A stretch of DNA of 61,311 bases from an uncultured Candidatus Saccharibacteria bacterium. Lineage in GTDB: Bacteria; Patescibacteriota; Saccharimonadia; CAILAD01; BJGX01. Below the pieces are notes generated by a model that made no database searches, was not told where the DNA came from, and was given only the letters and a program-made list of their open reading frames with translations. Position 1 is the first letter of the stretch; the number at the start of each line of letters is the position of its first letter. Below, one piece after another: positions 44,259 to 53,939 of the stretch. The stretch is from assembly GCA_964637185.1 (NCBI GenBank), contig CAZWVB010000001.1:1-61311 (forward strand), in the 5' to 3' direction. The translations under genes were made by a program, and so were the position numbers.

Positions 44259-45521
44259 ATGAAGAAACGTTTTTACTTCGTGCTAGCACGCTATTTCAAA
44301 CTTTGGGCAAGTCTTCAGCTAAAGCGCTGGCGTCCGAAGGTTTTTGTGGTTACCGGCTCTAGCGGCAAGACTACTACGCTACATTTGGTAGAGGCGCAGC
44401 TTGGCGCTAAGGCACGCTACTCGCATCATGCCAACAGTGCTTTTGGGATCTGCTTTGACATACTTGGCCTAGGCCGCAAAAAACTCAAAAAGTCCGAATG
44501 GATTGGGCTAATACTTCGAGCTCCAGTCAGGGCATTTAAAAAACCGTTTGTCGAGCAGATATACATAGCGGAGGTTGACTGTGACAGGCCAGAAGAAGGG
44601 AAGTTCTTGGCTGATCTGCTGCGTCCAACTGGCATCATCTGGCTAAGCAGTACGCATACTCATGCCGCTAGCTTTGATCGACTAGTTGAGGCTGGCCAAT
44701 ACAAGTCCGTTGACCAAGCCATAGCGCATGAATTTGGCTGGCTATTGGAGTACACTACAGGATTTGCGATCGTCAATACTGACAATATTGGTATCAAGAA
44801 TCAGTTGAACCGCACCTCTGCTGAGCTAGTACAATTGAGCGGCAAAGATATCAAGAAATACTCACCGAGCTTGGGAAAGACTAGCTTTGAATTTGTGGTA
44901 GATGATAAGAGATCTGCTGTCAGCGCGCCGGCACTGTTGCCGGAAGCGGTTGGTTTGTCGGTGTTGGCAGTAGCTACGCTGGTCGGGAAGATTGGTGATG
45001 GGTTGGATCGTGATTTCAGTAGGTTTGTCTTGCCGCCCGGGCGTAGCTCGGTATTTACTGGAATCAAGAAAATCACGCTTATCGACAGCACTTACAACGC
45101 TTCGCTGGACGCTGCTGTTGAGATGATACATTTGCTAGAATTACTAGATGTTCCAACAAAATGGTTGGTAGTAAGTGATGTCTTAGAGCAAGGCTCCAGC
45201 GAGAGGCGCAATCACGAACAGCTAGCTATGACGATTGCCGGCGCAAGAGTTGATAAAATAATAGTCATGGGCCCACGGATGATCAAATACGCCGTTCCTA
45301 CTCTTGAGCAACAAAGAGTGGAGTTTACGGCCCTCGAGACGCCAAAAGAAGTGTTGGATGTGTTAAAAGATCAAATCCAGGGCGGTGAAACGATACTTTT
45401 CAAAGGTACTAGATTTTTGGAAGGAGTGGTCGAGCATTTGCTAGCCAACCCAGCCGATGCTGCAAAGCTGTGTCGGCGCGAGGCCGTATGGCATAAAAGG
45501 CGGACTGCGTGGGGGCTATGA
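44259..45521 (+). CDS. Mur ligase family protein (MurF-like)
   Basis: VTGSSGKTTT, IDSTYNAS, ILFKG. Confidence 0.85.
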   Translation: MKKRFYFVLARYFKLWASLQLKRWRPKVFVVTGSSGKTTTLHLVEAQLGAKARYSHHANSAFGICFDILGLGRKKLKKSEWIGLILRAPVRAFKKPFVEQIYIAEVDCDRPEEGKFLADLLRPTGIIWLSSTHTHAASFDRLVEAGQYKSVDQAIAHEFGWLLEYTTGFAIVNTDNIGIKNQLNRTSAELVQLSGKDIKKYSPSLGKTSFEFVVDDKRSAVSAPALLPEAVGLSVLAVATLVGKIGDGLDRDFSRFVLPPGRSSVFTGIKKITLIDSTYNASLDAAVEMIHLLELLDVPTKWLVVSDVLEQGSSERRNHEQLAMTIAGARVDKIIVMGPRMIKYAVPTLEQQRVEFTALETPKEVLDVLKDQIQGGETILFKGTRFLEGVVEHLLANPADAAKLCRREAVWHKRRTAWGL

Positions 45522-46210
45522 AAAAGAAGATATACATATTACACGGCTGGGCTTACAATCTCGATAAGTGGCAGCCTATCATAAAGCTGTTGAAGGATGA
45601 TGGTATCGAAGCCGTCATGCTCAAGGTCCCGGGGCTGACGAAGCCTTCCGATAAGGTATGGGATTTAGACAAATACGTTGATTGGCTACACGGTGAGCTT
45701 CAAAAAGTGGCTAAACCAGTGGTGTTGGTAGGGCATTCCAATGGAGGTCGGATTAGCATGGGGTTGGCAAGTAAATATCCAAATATGATCGATAAGCTCG
45801 TGCTCATCGATAGTGCTGGAATATATCACAACGAGCCTCGACTTAGGCTCAAACGGGCGGTGTTTGGTGGGGCGGCCAAACTAGGTAAGCGGCTGAGTCG
45901 CTCTAAGCGTATGCGCCGGGTTTTGTACAAACTTGCACGTGCTCAGGATTACCACGATGCTCCGCCCAACATGCGAGAGACCATGGCCAATCTTGGCCGT
46001 GACGATGCCAAACTTGACCCATCTACTATCAAAACACCAACAACTATCATCTGGGGAAAGTACGATACTTTGACACCTCTGACTGACGCTAAGTTGTTGC
46101 ATGACAAGATCGCTGGCTCCAAATTGACAGTGATACAAGAAGCTCGGCACGCACCGTTTTATACACACCCACAGAAGGTATTAGAGATAATCAAACATAG
46201 CGCACTATGA
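45518..46210 (+). CDS. Alpha/beta hydrolase
   Basis: ILHGW, GHSNGG nucleophile elbow, WGKYD, H in ARHAPF. Confidence 0.88.
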   Translation: MKKKIYILHGWAYNLDKWQPIIKLLKDDGIEAVMLKVPGLTKPSDKVWDLDKYVDWLHGELQKVAKPVVLVGHSNGGRISMGLASKYPNMIDKLVLIDSAGIYHNEPRLRLKRAVFGGAAKLGKRLSRSKRMRRVLYKLARAQDYHDAPPNMRETMANLGRDDAKLDPSTIKTPTTIIWGKYDTLTPLTDAKLLHDKIAGSKLTVIQEARHAPFYTHPQKVLEIIKHSAL

Positions 46211-47397
46211 AGATATTCAATTCGCTTGGGTCAAATTACGGTGGTGCGCAGATATGGCAAGCCTTGTTTGGTAGTGGACGGCAGTCACGTGTCAAGCTGA
46301 GGTCATATCTGATAGAAAAATACAAAGCGCGCGATGTAGTGCTGACCTACAAAGGCCGTGAGGCTTTGCAGCTAGCGCTCAAGGCGGCTAAGCTGCCGGT
46401 TGGATCAGCCGTGGCAATCAACGGTTTTACTTGCTATGCGGTTTATCGAGCCGTGGACTTTGCTGGACTGTCCGTAGAGTATCTAGATATCGCGCCAAGC
46501 CATTTGCATTTTACGGCCACAACCTTGGAGAAAGCAGTTGTTAGCAATAAACAAATCAAAGCCGTGATTGTGCAAAACACTTTGGGCATCCCTTGTGACA
46601 TGAAAGAGATTGAGAAGGTATGCGATCGCTACAAACTAGTGTTGATCGAGGACCTAGCCCACAGTGTTGGCAGTCATTATGCTGATGGTCGCGAGGCAGG
46701 CACAGTCGGGGATTTTGCCATGCTAAGTTTTGGACGCGACAAATTAGTGGACGCAGTATCGGGCGGTGCATTGATTATCAACAATCCAAAGTTCGTGGAC
46801 TCTACCGAGATCGTTTTATCTAAGGCGCCACGCACGGCTGTGGCCCGCGACAGACTCTATCCGCTACTTACAGCGATAGTGCGGGCTGGTTATAGTATAG
46901 GTATTGGCAAATTCTTGCATGCTGGTCTCAAGGCCATTGGTTTACTCTCAAAATCAGTCGATGCTGATTACTACGAGGGTCATGACATACCGGCTTGGCA
47001 AGCTGCTATGGTGCTACGCCAATTGCGTGGCTTGTCGTCTGAGATCAGACGTCGACGCAATTTGGCTAAGCTGTACCATGAGAACCTGTGCCAAGATGCT
47101 TTGTCGGAGGCTTGTGCTAGCTATGCTACCAGCGCCAGCGGTCTGCGATTTCCTAGTGTCAGTAACCAGCGCGACCAACTATTGTCTAGGCTTACTATGG
47201 AGGGTATTAATATCACTGATATCTGGTATGACGTGCCTGTAGCGCCAGCTCGCTATCTCAAAAAAACAACATATAGACATCAGTGCCCAGTTGCGGAGAA
47301 GGTATGTCAACAGATCATCAACCTGCCGACACATCGTCATATCAAACCCGAAGATGTCAAAAAAATCGCGGAGGCTATCAATCAATGTCAGCCATAA
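46207..47397 (+). CDS. DegT/DnrJ/EryC1/StrS PLP aminotransferase
   Basis: LIEDLAHS, LSFGRDK, GGAL, INLPTH. Confidence 0.85.
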   Translation: MKIFNSLGSNYGGAQIWQALFGSGRQSRVKLRSYLIEKYKARDVVLTYKGREALQLALKAAKLPVGSAVAINGFTCYAVYRAVDFAGLSVEYLDIAPSHLHFTATTLEKAVVSNKQIKAVIVQNTLGIPCDMKEIEKVCDRYKLVLIEDLAHSVGSHYADGREAGTVGDFAMLSFGRDKLVDAVSGGALIINNPKFVDSTEIVLSKAPRTAVARDRLYPLLTAIVRAGYSIGIGKFLHAGLKAIGLLSKSVDADYYEGHDIPAWQAAMVLRQLRGLSSEIRRRRNLAKLYHENLCQDALSEACASYATSASGLRFPSVSNQRDQLLSRLTMEGINITDIWYDVPVAPARYLKKTTYRHQCPVAEKVCQQIINLPTHRHIKPEDVKKIAEAINQCQP

Positions 47398-48410
47398 TCA
47401 CTCAGCCAGTTGAAGATCAAAAACAGTGGGATGAGTTTGTATCAAAGCATCCAGAAGCAAATTTTCTCCAGTCTTGGCAATGGGGTGAGTTCCACGCTGC
47501 AATATCGCATCAAATCGTCAGGCTGGGATTTTGGCAGGGTGACAAATTGATTGGCGTCTGCCTGGGGGTTGTGGAGCCAGCACGTCGCGGGCGTTACTTG
47601 TCGATAGCAGGAGGGCCTGTCTTGGATTGGCATCATCATGCGTTGGTGGATGCCTGGTCCAAAGCAGTTCGTGAAGTTGCAATTGATCACCAGTGTGTAT
47701 TTGTCAGAGTCAGACCACAGCTGTTGAGTGATGAATTCTCTAAAGCACTATTTGAACAGATGGGCTTTCGTGGGGCGCCTATGCATTTGTCAGCTGAGCT
47801 CACTCACCAACTTGACCTAAGAAAAACAGAAGACGAGCTATTGGCTGGCATGCGCAAACAGACTCGTTATGAGATACGTAAGGCTGGCAAATTGGGGATC
47901 AAACTCAAAGAGTCGACTAGCCAGAAGGATTTGCGTGGGTTTTACGATTTGCAAATCGAGACTGCAAAGCGCCAGGGATTTGTGCCTTTTAGCTATGATT
48001 TTTTGTATGAGCAGTTCAAAACTTTTGCTAGGTCCAACATGGTCAAACTCTACAGTGCCTACTATGACGACAAGTTGTTGGCACAAGCCTTTGTGATTTT
48101 CTATGGTGCGGAGGCGGCCTATCACTATGGCGCCAGCACTGATCTAGGTCGCAAGTATCCTGGAGCCTATGCCATTCAGTGGCAGGCTATTTGTGAAGCC
48201 AAACAACGTGGCATAGAGCGCTATAATTTCTGGGGAGTGGCACCACACGACGAGCCCGAGCATCGTTTTGCCGGGGTTTCACTGTTCAAACGCGGTTTTG
48301 GTGGTCAAGATGTCGAATATCTGCATGCTCAAGACTTAGTAGTCAACAAAACTCGCTATGCTATCAACCTTGCCGTCGAAAAAACCCGCAAACATTTGCG
48401 TCGCGTGTAG
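47385..48410 (+). CDS. FemABX-family peptidoglycan interpeptide aminoacyltransferase
   Basis: NFLQSWQWGEF, MRKQTRYEIRKA, YHYGAS, YNFWGV, FKRGFGG. Confidence 0.9.
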   Translation: MSAIITQPVEDQKQWDEFVSKHPEANFLQSWQWGEFHAAISHQIVRLGFWQGDKLIGVCLGVVEPARRGRYLSIAGGPVLDWHHHALVDAWSKAVREVAIDHQCVFVRVRPQLLSDEFSKALFEQMGFRGAPMHLSAELTHQLDLRKTEDELLAGMRKQTRYEIRKAGKLGIKLKESTSQKDLRGFYDLQIETAKRQGFVPFSYDFLYEQFKTFARSNMVKLYSAYYDDKLLAQAFVIFYGAEAAYHYGASTDLGRKYPGAYAIQWQAICEAKQRGIERYNFWGVAPHDEPEHRFAGVSLFKRGFGGQDVEYLHAQDLVVNKTRYAINLAVEKTRKHLRRV

Positions 48411-48428
48411 CTTTAGCAATTCCATTTC

Positions 48429-48458
48429 TTGACAAGAGCCGTCACATGGGAGTATCGT
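48429..48458 (+). promoter_or_regulatory. Promoter of the leuS leader
   Basis: TTGACA-N18-TATCGT. Confidence 0.65.
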
Positions 48459-48468
48459 TAAACACGTT

Positions 48469-48543
48469 ATGTTTTATACTATGCTCAACTTGCTAGGTTT
48501 GTTGTTGCTGCCACAGGCGGTTGAGATTCGTGTAAATCAATAA
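48469..48543 (+). CDS. Leu-rich leader peptide (MFYTMLNLLGLLLLPQAVEIRVNQ)
   Basis: 7 Leu within 9 codons, followed by terminator/antiterminator, upstream of leuS. Confidence 0.75.
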   Translation: MFYTMLNLLGLLLLPQAVEIRVNQ

Positions 48544-48566
48544 CTGATAAATTGCATCGAACGCCC

Positions 48567-48591
48567 AACCGCCAACAGATGGCGGTTTTTT
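48567..48591 (+). terminator. Attenuator terminator
   Basis: AACCGCCA-ACAGA-TGGCGGTT-TTTT; the 5' arm can alternatively pair with GGCGGTTG (48516-48523). Confidence 0.8.
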
Positions 48592-48859
48592 CGTATATCT
48601 CAATCAGCTTCGGAGTTTCCGAGGCTGATCAGGGCAAACGACGACCAGGAGTAAGCCATGCAACTATTTCTAGAACCGGGCGGTGTGCCACCAGAGCAGG
48701 ATCGTCCCAAGCCGCCGCAATATCCGGGGCCCAACCACCCAGACGGTCCGCTGCCGTACGCATGAACGCCCTTGCCGGGTACTGGTCTTGGGTGGCTGCT
48801 GCCACCCAAGACCATGCCTGGACCAAAAAACCTATTTATCTGATAAAATAAGTACAACC

Positions 48860-51769
48860 ATGAAAAAATACGATCCATCACAAATCGAGCCCAAGTGGCA
48901 GCAGATCTGGGCCGACAACAATATGTACCAGGCTGTCGACGGCGACAAGTCGGACGAAAAGTATTATGTACTGGTAGAATTTCCTTATCCATCCGGCGAC
49001 GGTCTACATGTTGGCCATGTGCGTAGTTTTACCGCCCAGGACGTGGTGGCGCGCCGGCTGCGTATGATGGGCCACAACGTTATGTATCCGATGGGCTGGG
49101 ACGCTTTTGGGCTGCCAACCGAAAACTTTGCTATCAAGAACAAAATCAAACCACAAGTAGCTACCGCCAGTAATATCGCCAATTTCAAACGCCAAATGCA
49201 GTCGCTGGGGCTCAGCTTCGACTGGAGCCGCGAGATCAACACTACTGATCCTCAGTATTACCGCTGGACCCAGTGGATTTTCTTGCAATTGCTCAAAGAA
49301 GGTCTGGCTTATCAAAAAGAAATTGCTATCAATTGGTGCCCGCATTGCAAGACCGGCCTGGCCAACGAAGAAGTGGTCAATGGCTGTCATGAGCGCTGTG
49401 ATACTCCGGTGGAAAAGCGCCTGCTCAAACAGTGGCTGCTCAAAATCACCGCCTATGCCGATCGATTGATCGAAGACCTTAAGACTGTCGACTACCTACC
49501 GCAAGTTGCGACTCAGCAAGTTAATTGGATAGGCAAAAGTTATGGCGCCAAGATTAACTTTGCAATAGATGGGCACAGTGAGAAAATCGAGGTCTTTACG
49601 ACTCGTCCTGACACGCTTTTTGGAGCTACTTTTATTGTACTTGCGCCAGAACATCCGCTGGTAGAGGTGGTCACTACCGAAGCCCAAACCGAGTCTGTAG
49701 CTAGATATGTCCAAAAGGCTAAATCACGCAGCAATGTTGACCGCATGGAGGAGGCCACCAAGACGGGTGTGTTTACTGGCGCCTATGCCGTCAATCCAGC
49801 CACCAAAGAAAATATTCCAATCTGGGTGGCAGACTATGTGCTGATGGATTATGGCACCGGTGCGATCATGTGTGTGCCAGCTCATGACCAGCGTGACTTT
49901 GAGTTTGCGCAGAAATTTGGGTTGCCGATTCGTAATGTGATCAATCCTGTGGCAGTACGTGATGATGCCAAAGATAAAAAAACTGATCTGACAAAAAGCA
50001 AAATTGTGGCCGTTGTTACAAATGACGATGGTGAAATGCTTACTATCAACTGGGGCCCCAAAATGGGGGGTCGTCTATTTGTTGGCGGTACAGCCGAGGA
50101 CAGTGAATCTCCTCAGCAAACTGCTTTGCGGGAGGTCGCTGAAGAAACCGGTTATACGGATCTTTCGGTGATTGCAGTGGGTGATGAGACATTTTTCTAC
50201 AAATATTTTGCTTTTTCCAAGCAAGAAACTCATGAGATAGATACCAAGTTTGTACTTCTAAAACTCAAATCCGATGCCCAAGTAGAACAAAAATTGGACG
50301 ACTCGGAAAAAGGTAAATTTACAGTCGAGTGGGTCAGTCGAGATCAGGCAGTCAAGGAAGTAGTCGAACCGCTTCATAAATACGCACTGGATAAGTTTGT
50401 ATTGGATGTCGTCCATGCCGGCGATGGTATGCTGACCAACTCGGGTAAGTTTGACGGTATGTCCGCGGAAGCCGGTAAAAAGGCCATAATTGAATGGTTG
50501 GCTAAAAAAGGTATTGGTGAGCAGCAAGTCCAATACAAGCTGCGTGATTGGATCTTCTCGCGCCAACATTACTGGGGCGAGCCGATCCCAGTGATCCATT
50601 GTGAGCAATGTGGCGTAGTGCCAGTACCGGAAGATCAACTGCCGGTAGAACTGCCCGATGTTGAAGCCTATGAGCCGACCGACACCGGCGAGAGCCCACT
50701 GGCCAATATCACCGATTGGGTCAACGTAGATTGTCCGAGCTGTGGGGGCAAGGCTCGGCGTGAGACTGATACCATGCCCAACTGGGCAGGTAGCAGCTGG
50801 TACTATCTGCGTTATATCGATCCGCACAATGACCAGGCTTTGGCCGATCCTAACAAACTCAAATATTGGCTGATGGTGGACCTCTACAACGGCGGCATGG
50901 AACACACCACACTACACCTACTCTACAGCCGTTTTTGGCACAAGTTTCTTTATGACCAAGGTGTAGTACCCACGCCAGAGCCCTATGCCCGCCGCCGTAG
51001 CCATGGCATGGTTTTGGCTCACGATGGTGTGAAAATGAGCAAATCTAAGGGCAATGTCGTCAATCCTGACGATGTGGTGGCCAAGTTTGGTGCTGATGCG
51101 CTGCGTGTCTACGAACTCTTCATGGGCCCGTATGACCAAGCGATTGATTGGAGTGACGACAAGCTGGCTGGTATCTACCGCTTTCTCAATCGAGTTTGGG
51201 ACTTGCAGCAAACTATATTATCGACCAACGAATCGGGCGGAACAGGCTCGGCGGAAGATGGTGTTTTTGAGACCGAAGTGGATCAGATGGTGCACAAGAC
51301 TATCAAGAAAGTTGATGAGCGCCTGGCCCGGCGTGATTTCAATACCATGGTGTCAGCACTTATGGAGCTGGTCAATTTTTTGACCACCGAAGAGGTCAAA
51401 AACAAATTGGCCAATCCGCGATTCAAAGACTTGGCGGAGCGTACTATGAGGGCGTTGAGCTTGATGTTGGCACCCAGCGCGCCCCATATTGCCGAGGAGT
51501 TGTGGGAGCAGCTAGGTAATACTGAGAGTGTACATCTGCAGACATGGCCCAAGTACGATCCCGGACTAGTCAAAGATGATACTATGACTATCATAGTGCA
51601 GGTCAATGGTAAATTGCGCGGTGAGTTTGTAGTGGAGGCGGGCACAAGTCACGATGACATCGAGCGCGAGGCCAAGATCAAAAACGACGAGCTCAACTGG
51701 ACTGGCGATACTGAGATAGTAAAAACAGTTGTGGTGCCTGGCAAATTAGTCAACTTCGTTACTAAATAA
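48860..51769 (+). CDS. leuS: Leucine--tRNA ligase with Nudix insertion
   Basis: FPYPSGDGLHVGH, GWDAFGLP, TTRPDT, LRDWIFSRQHYWGEPIP, KMSKSKGN. Confidence 0.97.
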   Translation: MKKYDPSQIEPKWQQIWADNNMYQAVDGDKSDEKYYVLVEFPYPSGDGLHVGHVRSFTAQDVVARRLRMMGHNVMYPMGWDAFGLPTENFAIKNKIKPQVATASNIANFKRQMQSLGLSFDWSREINTTDPQYYRWTQWIFLQLLKEGLAYQKEIAINWCPHCKTGLANEEVVNGCHERCDTPVEKRLLKQWLLKITAYADRLIEDLKTVDYLPQVATQQVNWIGKSYGAKINFAIDGHSEKIEVFTTRPDTLFGATFIVLAPEHPLVEVVTTEAQTESVARYVQKAKSRSNVDRMEEATKTGVFTGAYAVNPATKENIPIWVADYVLMDYGTGAIMCVPAHDQRDFEFAQKFGLPIRNVINPVAVRDDAKDKKTDLTKSKIVAVVTNDDGEMLTINWGPKMGGRLFVGGTAEDSESPQQTALREVAEETGYTDLSVIAVGDETFFYKYFAFSKQETHEIDTKFVLLKLKSDAQVEQKLDDSEKGKFTVEWVSRDQAVKEVVEPLHKYALDKFVLDVVHAGDGMLTNSGKFDGMSAEAGKKAIIEWLAKKGIGEQQVQYKLRDWIFSRQHYWGEPIPVIHCEQCGVVPVPEDQLPVELPDVEAYEPTDTGESPLANITDWVNVDCPSCGGKARRETDTMPNWAGSSWYYLRYIDPHNDQALADPNKLKYWLMVDLYNGGMEHTTLHLLYSRFWHKFLYDQGVVPTPEPYARRRSHGMVLAHDGVKMSKSKGNVVNPDDVVAKFGADALRVYELFMGPYDQAIDWSDDKLAGIYRFLNRVWDLQQTILSTNESGGTGSAEDGVFETEVDQMVHKTIKKVDERLARRDFNTMVSALMELVNFLTTEEVKNKLANPRFKDLAERTMRALSLMLAPSAPHIAEELWEQLGNTESVHLQTWPKYDPGLVKDDTMTIIVQVNGKLRGEFVVEAGTSHDDIEREAKIKNDELNWTGDTEIVKTVVVPGKLVNFVTK

Positions 51770-51991
51770 CCCTGCTCTTGAAAAACATGCCCAAAAATGC
51801 TAGTATAGATCGCGAAATGCTTCTATTCGGGCATTCGATTTGGGCCAAAAGTTATACATCGCCTCAAATCGCGTCACAGAGTAATTTTTGTATCGTACCA
51901 CCATGTGTACCACTTAAAATATCTGTGCCAACCACTGGTTGTTTTGCTCGCATGCATTCTCTGTAATACTGACTAAGCAGGAGGCAGTCTC

Positions 51992-52162
51992 ATGCCTGTA
52001 CCCAAAAAACGCCGTACCAGCTCAACTCGGGGCCAGCGTCGTAGCCACGACTCGCTCCAATCCGTGCAGCTGATGTACGAGAAGAACTCCAAACTAAACG
52101 TTCCTCGCCGCCTGATGCGCGCCGCAAGTCTTGGCATGGCACGGGTTCGTAAGGCATCCTAG
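51992..52162 (+). CDS. rpmF: 50S ribosomal protein L32 (not in ORF track)
   Basis: MPVPKKRRTSSTRGQRRSH; GGAGG SD; no Cys ligands. Confidence 0.9.
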   Translation: MPVPKKRRTSSTRGQRRSHDSLQSVQLMYEKNSKLNVPRRLMRAASLGMARVRKAS

Positions 52163-52169
52163 ATCGACT

Positions 52170-52688
52170 ATGGCTTCCAATCGCCACCTCTGCAGGATTA
52201 TCGCTTTGCAAAGCCTGTATGAGTATGATTTTCGCAACAGTCTAGAAATGTCCGAACTTACAACTGACATCGATGAGATCATCAAGCGCAATATCGAAGT
52301 CTACGCCGATGCGCTAGAAGAAAAAGATTTCATCCAAGATCTAGTCAAAGGTACGTTGGAAAATCAAGATAAGATTGATGCTATGATCACGCCAGCAGCA
52401 CCGGAGTGGCCAATTGAGCAGATTGCCAAGATCGATCGCTCAATATTGCGCATGAGCCTGTACGAGCTCATGATCAAGCGTGAGGTTCCACCCAAGGTAG
52501 CTATCAACGAGGCCGTCGAGCTAGCCAAGGCCTTTGGTGGTGACAACTCAAGTAAGTTTGTCAACGGAGTGCTCGGCACTATATATAGACAGAGTGAATT
52601 CTATGACCCAAAAGAAGACAAGAAAGCCCAATCCAATAAACCAACAGAGTCCATCGGCATCGAGCCGGACTCAGAGCAAAAAAGCTAA
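52170..52688 (+). CDS. nusB: Transcription antitermination factor NusB
   Basis: RIIALQSLYE, IDRSILR, PPKVAINEAVELAKAFG, FVNGVLG. Confidence 0.95.
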   Translation: MASNRHLCRIIALQSLYEYDFRNSLEMSELTTDIDEIIKRNIEVYADALEEKDFIQDLVKGTLENQDKIDAMITPAAPEWPIEQIAKIDRSILRMSLYELMIKREVPPKVAINEAVELAKAFGGDNSSKFVNGVLGTIYRQSEFYDPKEDKKAQSNKPTESIGIEPDSEQKS

Positions 52689-53157
52689 ATTTAATCGCAG
52701 CTCAGCTCGTGCCAAGGCTGTACGTGAATACACGGCTGGAGGTATTGTATTTCATGTCACCAAGGACAAGAAGCTCGAAATACTTTTGCTTTCAGACCTA
52801 AAGGGTCGCTGGAGTATACCCAAAGGTCACGTAGAAGCTGGTGAAACACTGGAGCAGACGGCGCTACGCGAGGTTTCGGAAGAGACTGGTCTCAAACAGC
52901 TCAAGATAGTAGACAAACTTGATAAGATACACTTTTTTTACCGCATGCGTGGCAAATTGATCTTCATGACAACATTTATTTATATGATCGAAGCTACGGA
53001 TCTCAACGAAGATACCAAAACCGAAGAAGATGCCCCTTGGATAGTAGAAGCCAAGTGGTTTGACGCCGAGCAAGCATGTGAGATACTAGAGTACAAGGCC
53101 ACTCGCGTAATTCTGCAAGAGGCCATTCGCCGCATAAAACGGAGTCGCAATGTTTGA
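52603..53157 (+). CDS. Nudix hydrolase (start uncertain)
   Basis: AGGIV, PKGHVEAGETLEQTALREVSEETGL. Confidence 0.88.
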   Translation: MTQKKTRKPNPINQQSPSASSRTQSKKAKFNRSSARAKAVREYTAGGIVFHVTKDKKLEILLLSDLKGRWSIPKGHVEAGETLEQTALREVSEETGLKQLKIVDKLDKIHFFYRMRGKLIFMTTFIYMIEATDLNEDTKTEEDAPWIVEAKWFDAEQACEILEYKATRVILQEAIRRIKRSRNV

Positions 53158-53839
53158 TCAAGCCAAAATAGAATCAATCCTAGAAGTAAAGTTCACCGAT
53201 CCCAGTCTTATCAAGACTGCATTCACGCATCGCAGTTATCTCAACGAGCATCGCAATAGCGGACTCGAGCACAACGAGAGGTTGGAATTCCTGGGCGATG
53301 CTGTACTTGAGTTGGTCGTGACCGATTACTTATTCTCCAACTATCCTGATCAACCCGAAGGTATACTTACCAGTTGGCGCTCAGCACTAGTCAAGACCGA
53401 GAGCCTGGCTGAGTTGGCTGAGAGTCTAGATATTGGCCAGTATCTGCTGATGAGTCGCGGCGAACTCAAAAGCGGCGGCCGCGAGCGTGTCGCTCTGTTA
53501 GCCAATCTGGTAGAGGCTGTGATCGGGGCCATCTATCTCGATAATGGCTACGATAGGGCCAAGCTATTTATCACGACTCATATTACGACCAAGCTCGCCA
53601 ATATTATCAAGGCCGGTAGCTACATCGATGCCAAAAGTCATTTTCAAGAGATAGCCCAGGAGAAGAAAGGTATCACCCCAAGCTATGAAGTACTTGAGGA
53701 ATCCGGTCCAGACCATGACAAACATTTTGAAGTAGGGGCATATCTAGGTAAGAAGCTCTATGGCAAAGGTACTGGTAGTAGCAAACAAGCTGCTCAACAG
53801 TCCGCTGCCGCTGATGCTCTTCAGAAATTGCAAAAATAG
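53150..53839 (+). CDS. rnc: Ribonuclease III
   Basis: HNERLEFLGDAVL, EAVIGAIYLD, dsRBD with AKSHFQE and GPDH. Confidence 0.97.
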   Translation: MFDQAKIESILEVKFTDPSLIKTAFTHRSYLNEHRNSGLEHNERLEFLGDAVLELVVTDYLFSNYPDQPEGILTSWRSALVKTESLAELAESLDIGQYLLMSRGELKSGGRERVALLANLVEAVIGAIYLDNGYDRAKLFITTHITTKLANIIKAGSYIDAKSHFQEIAQEKKGITPSYEVLEESGPDHDKHFEVGAYLGKKLYGKGTGSSKQAAQQSAAADALQKLQK

Positions 53840-53939
53840 CTTTGCACAACCAGCAGCAGTTGGTAGTTGTTTAGTTTTCTGTCTTACTTAATATTTGTTT
53901 GGATTGCCAGTCTGATAGGCTATCCCATACAATATACTA

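Noticed and set aside
48470-48860. T-box riboswitch before leuS
   Set aside because: No T-box consensus seen; the leader-peptide model explains the structures
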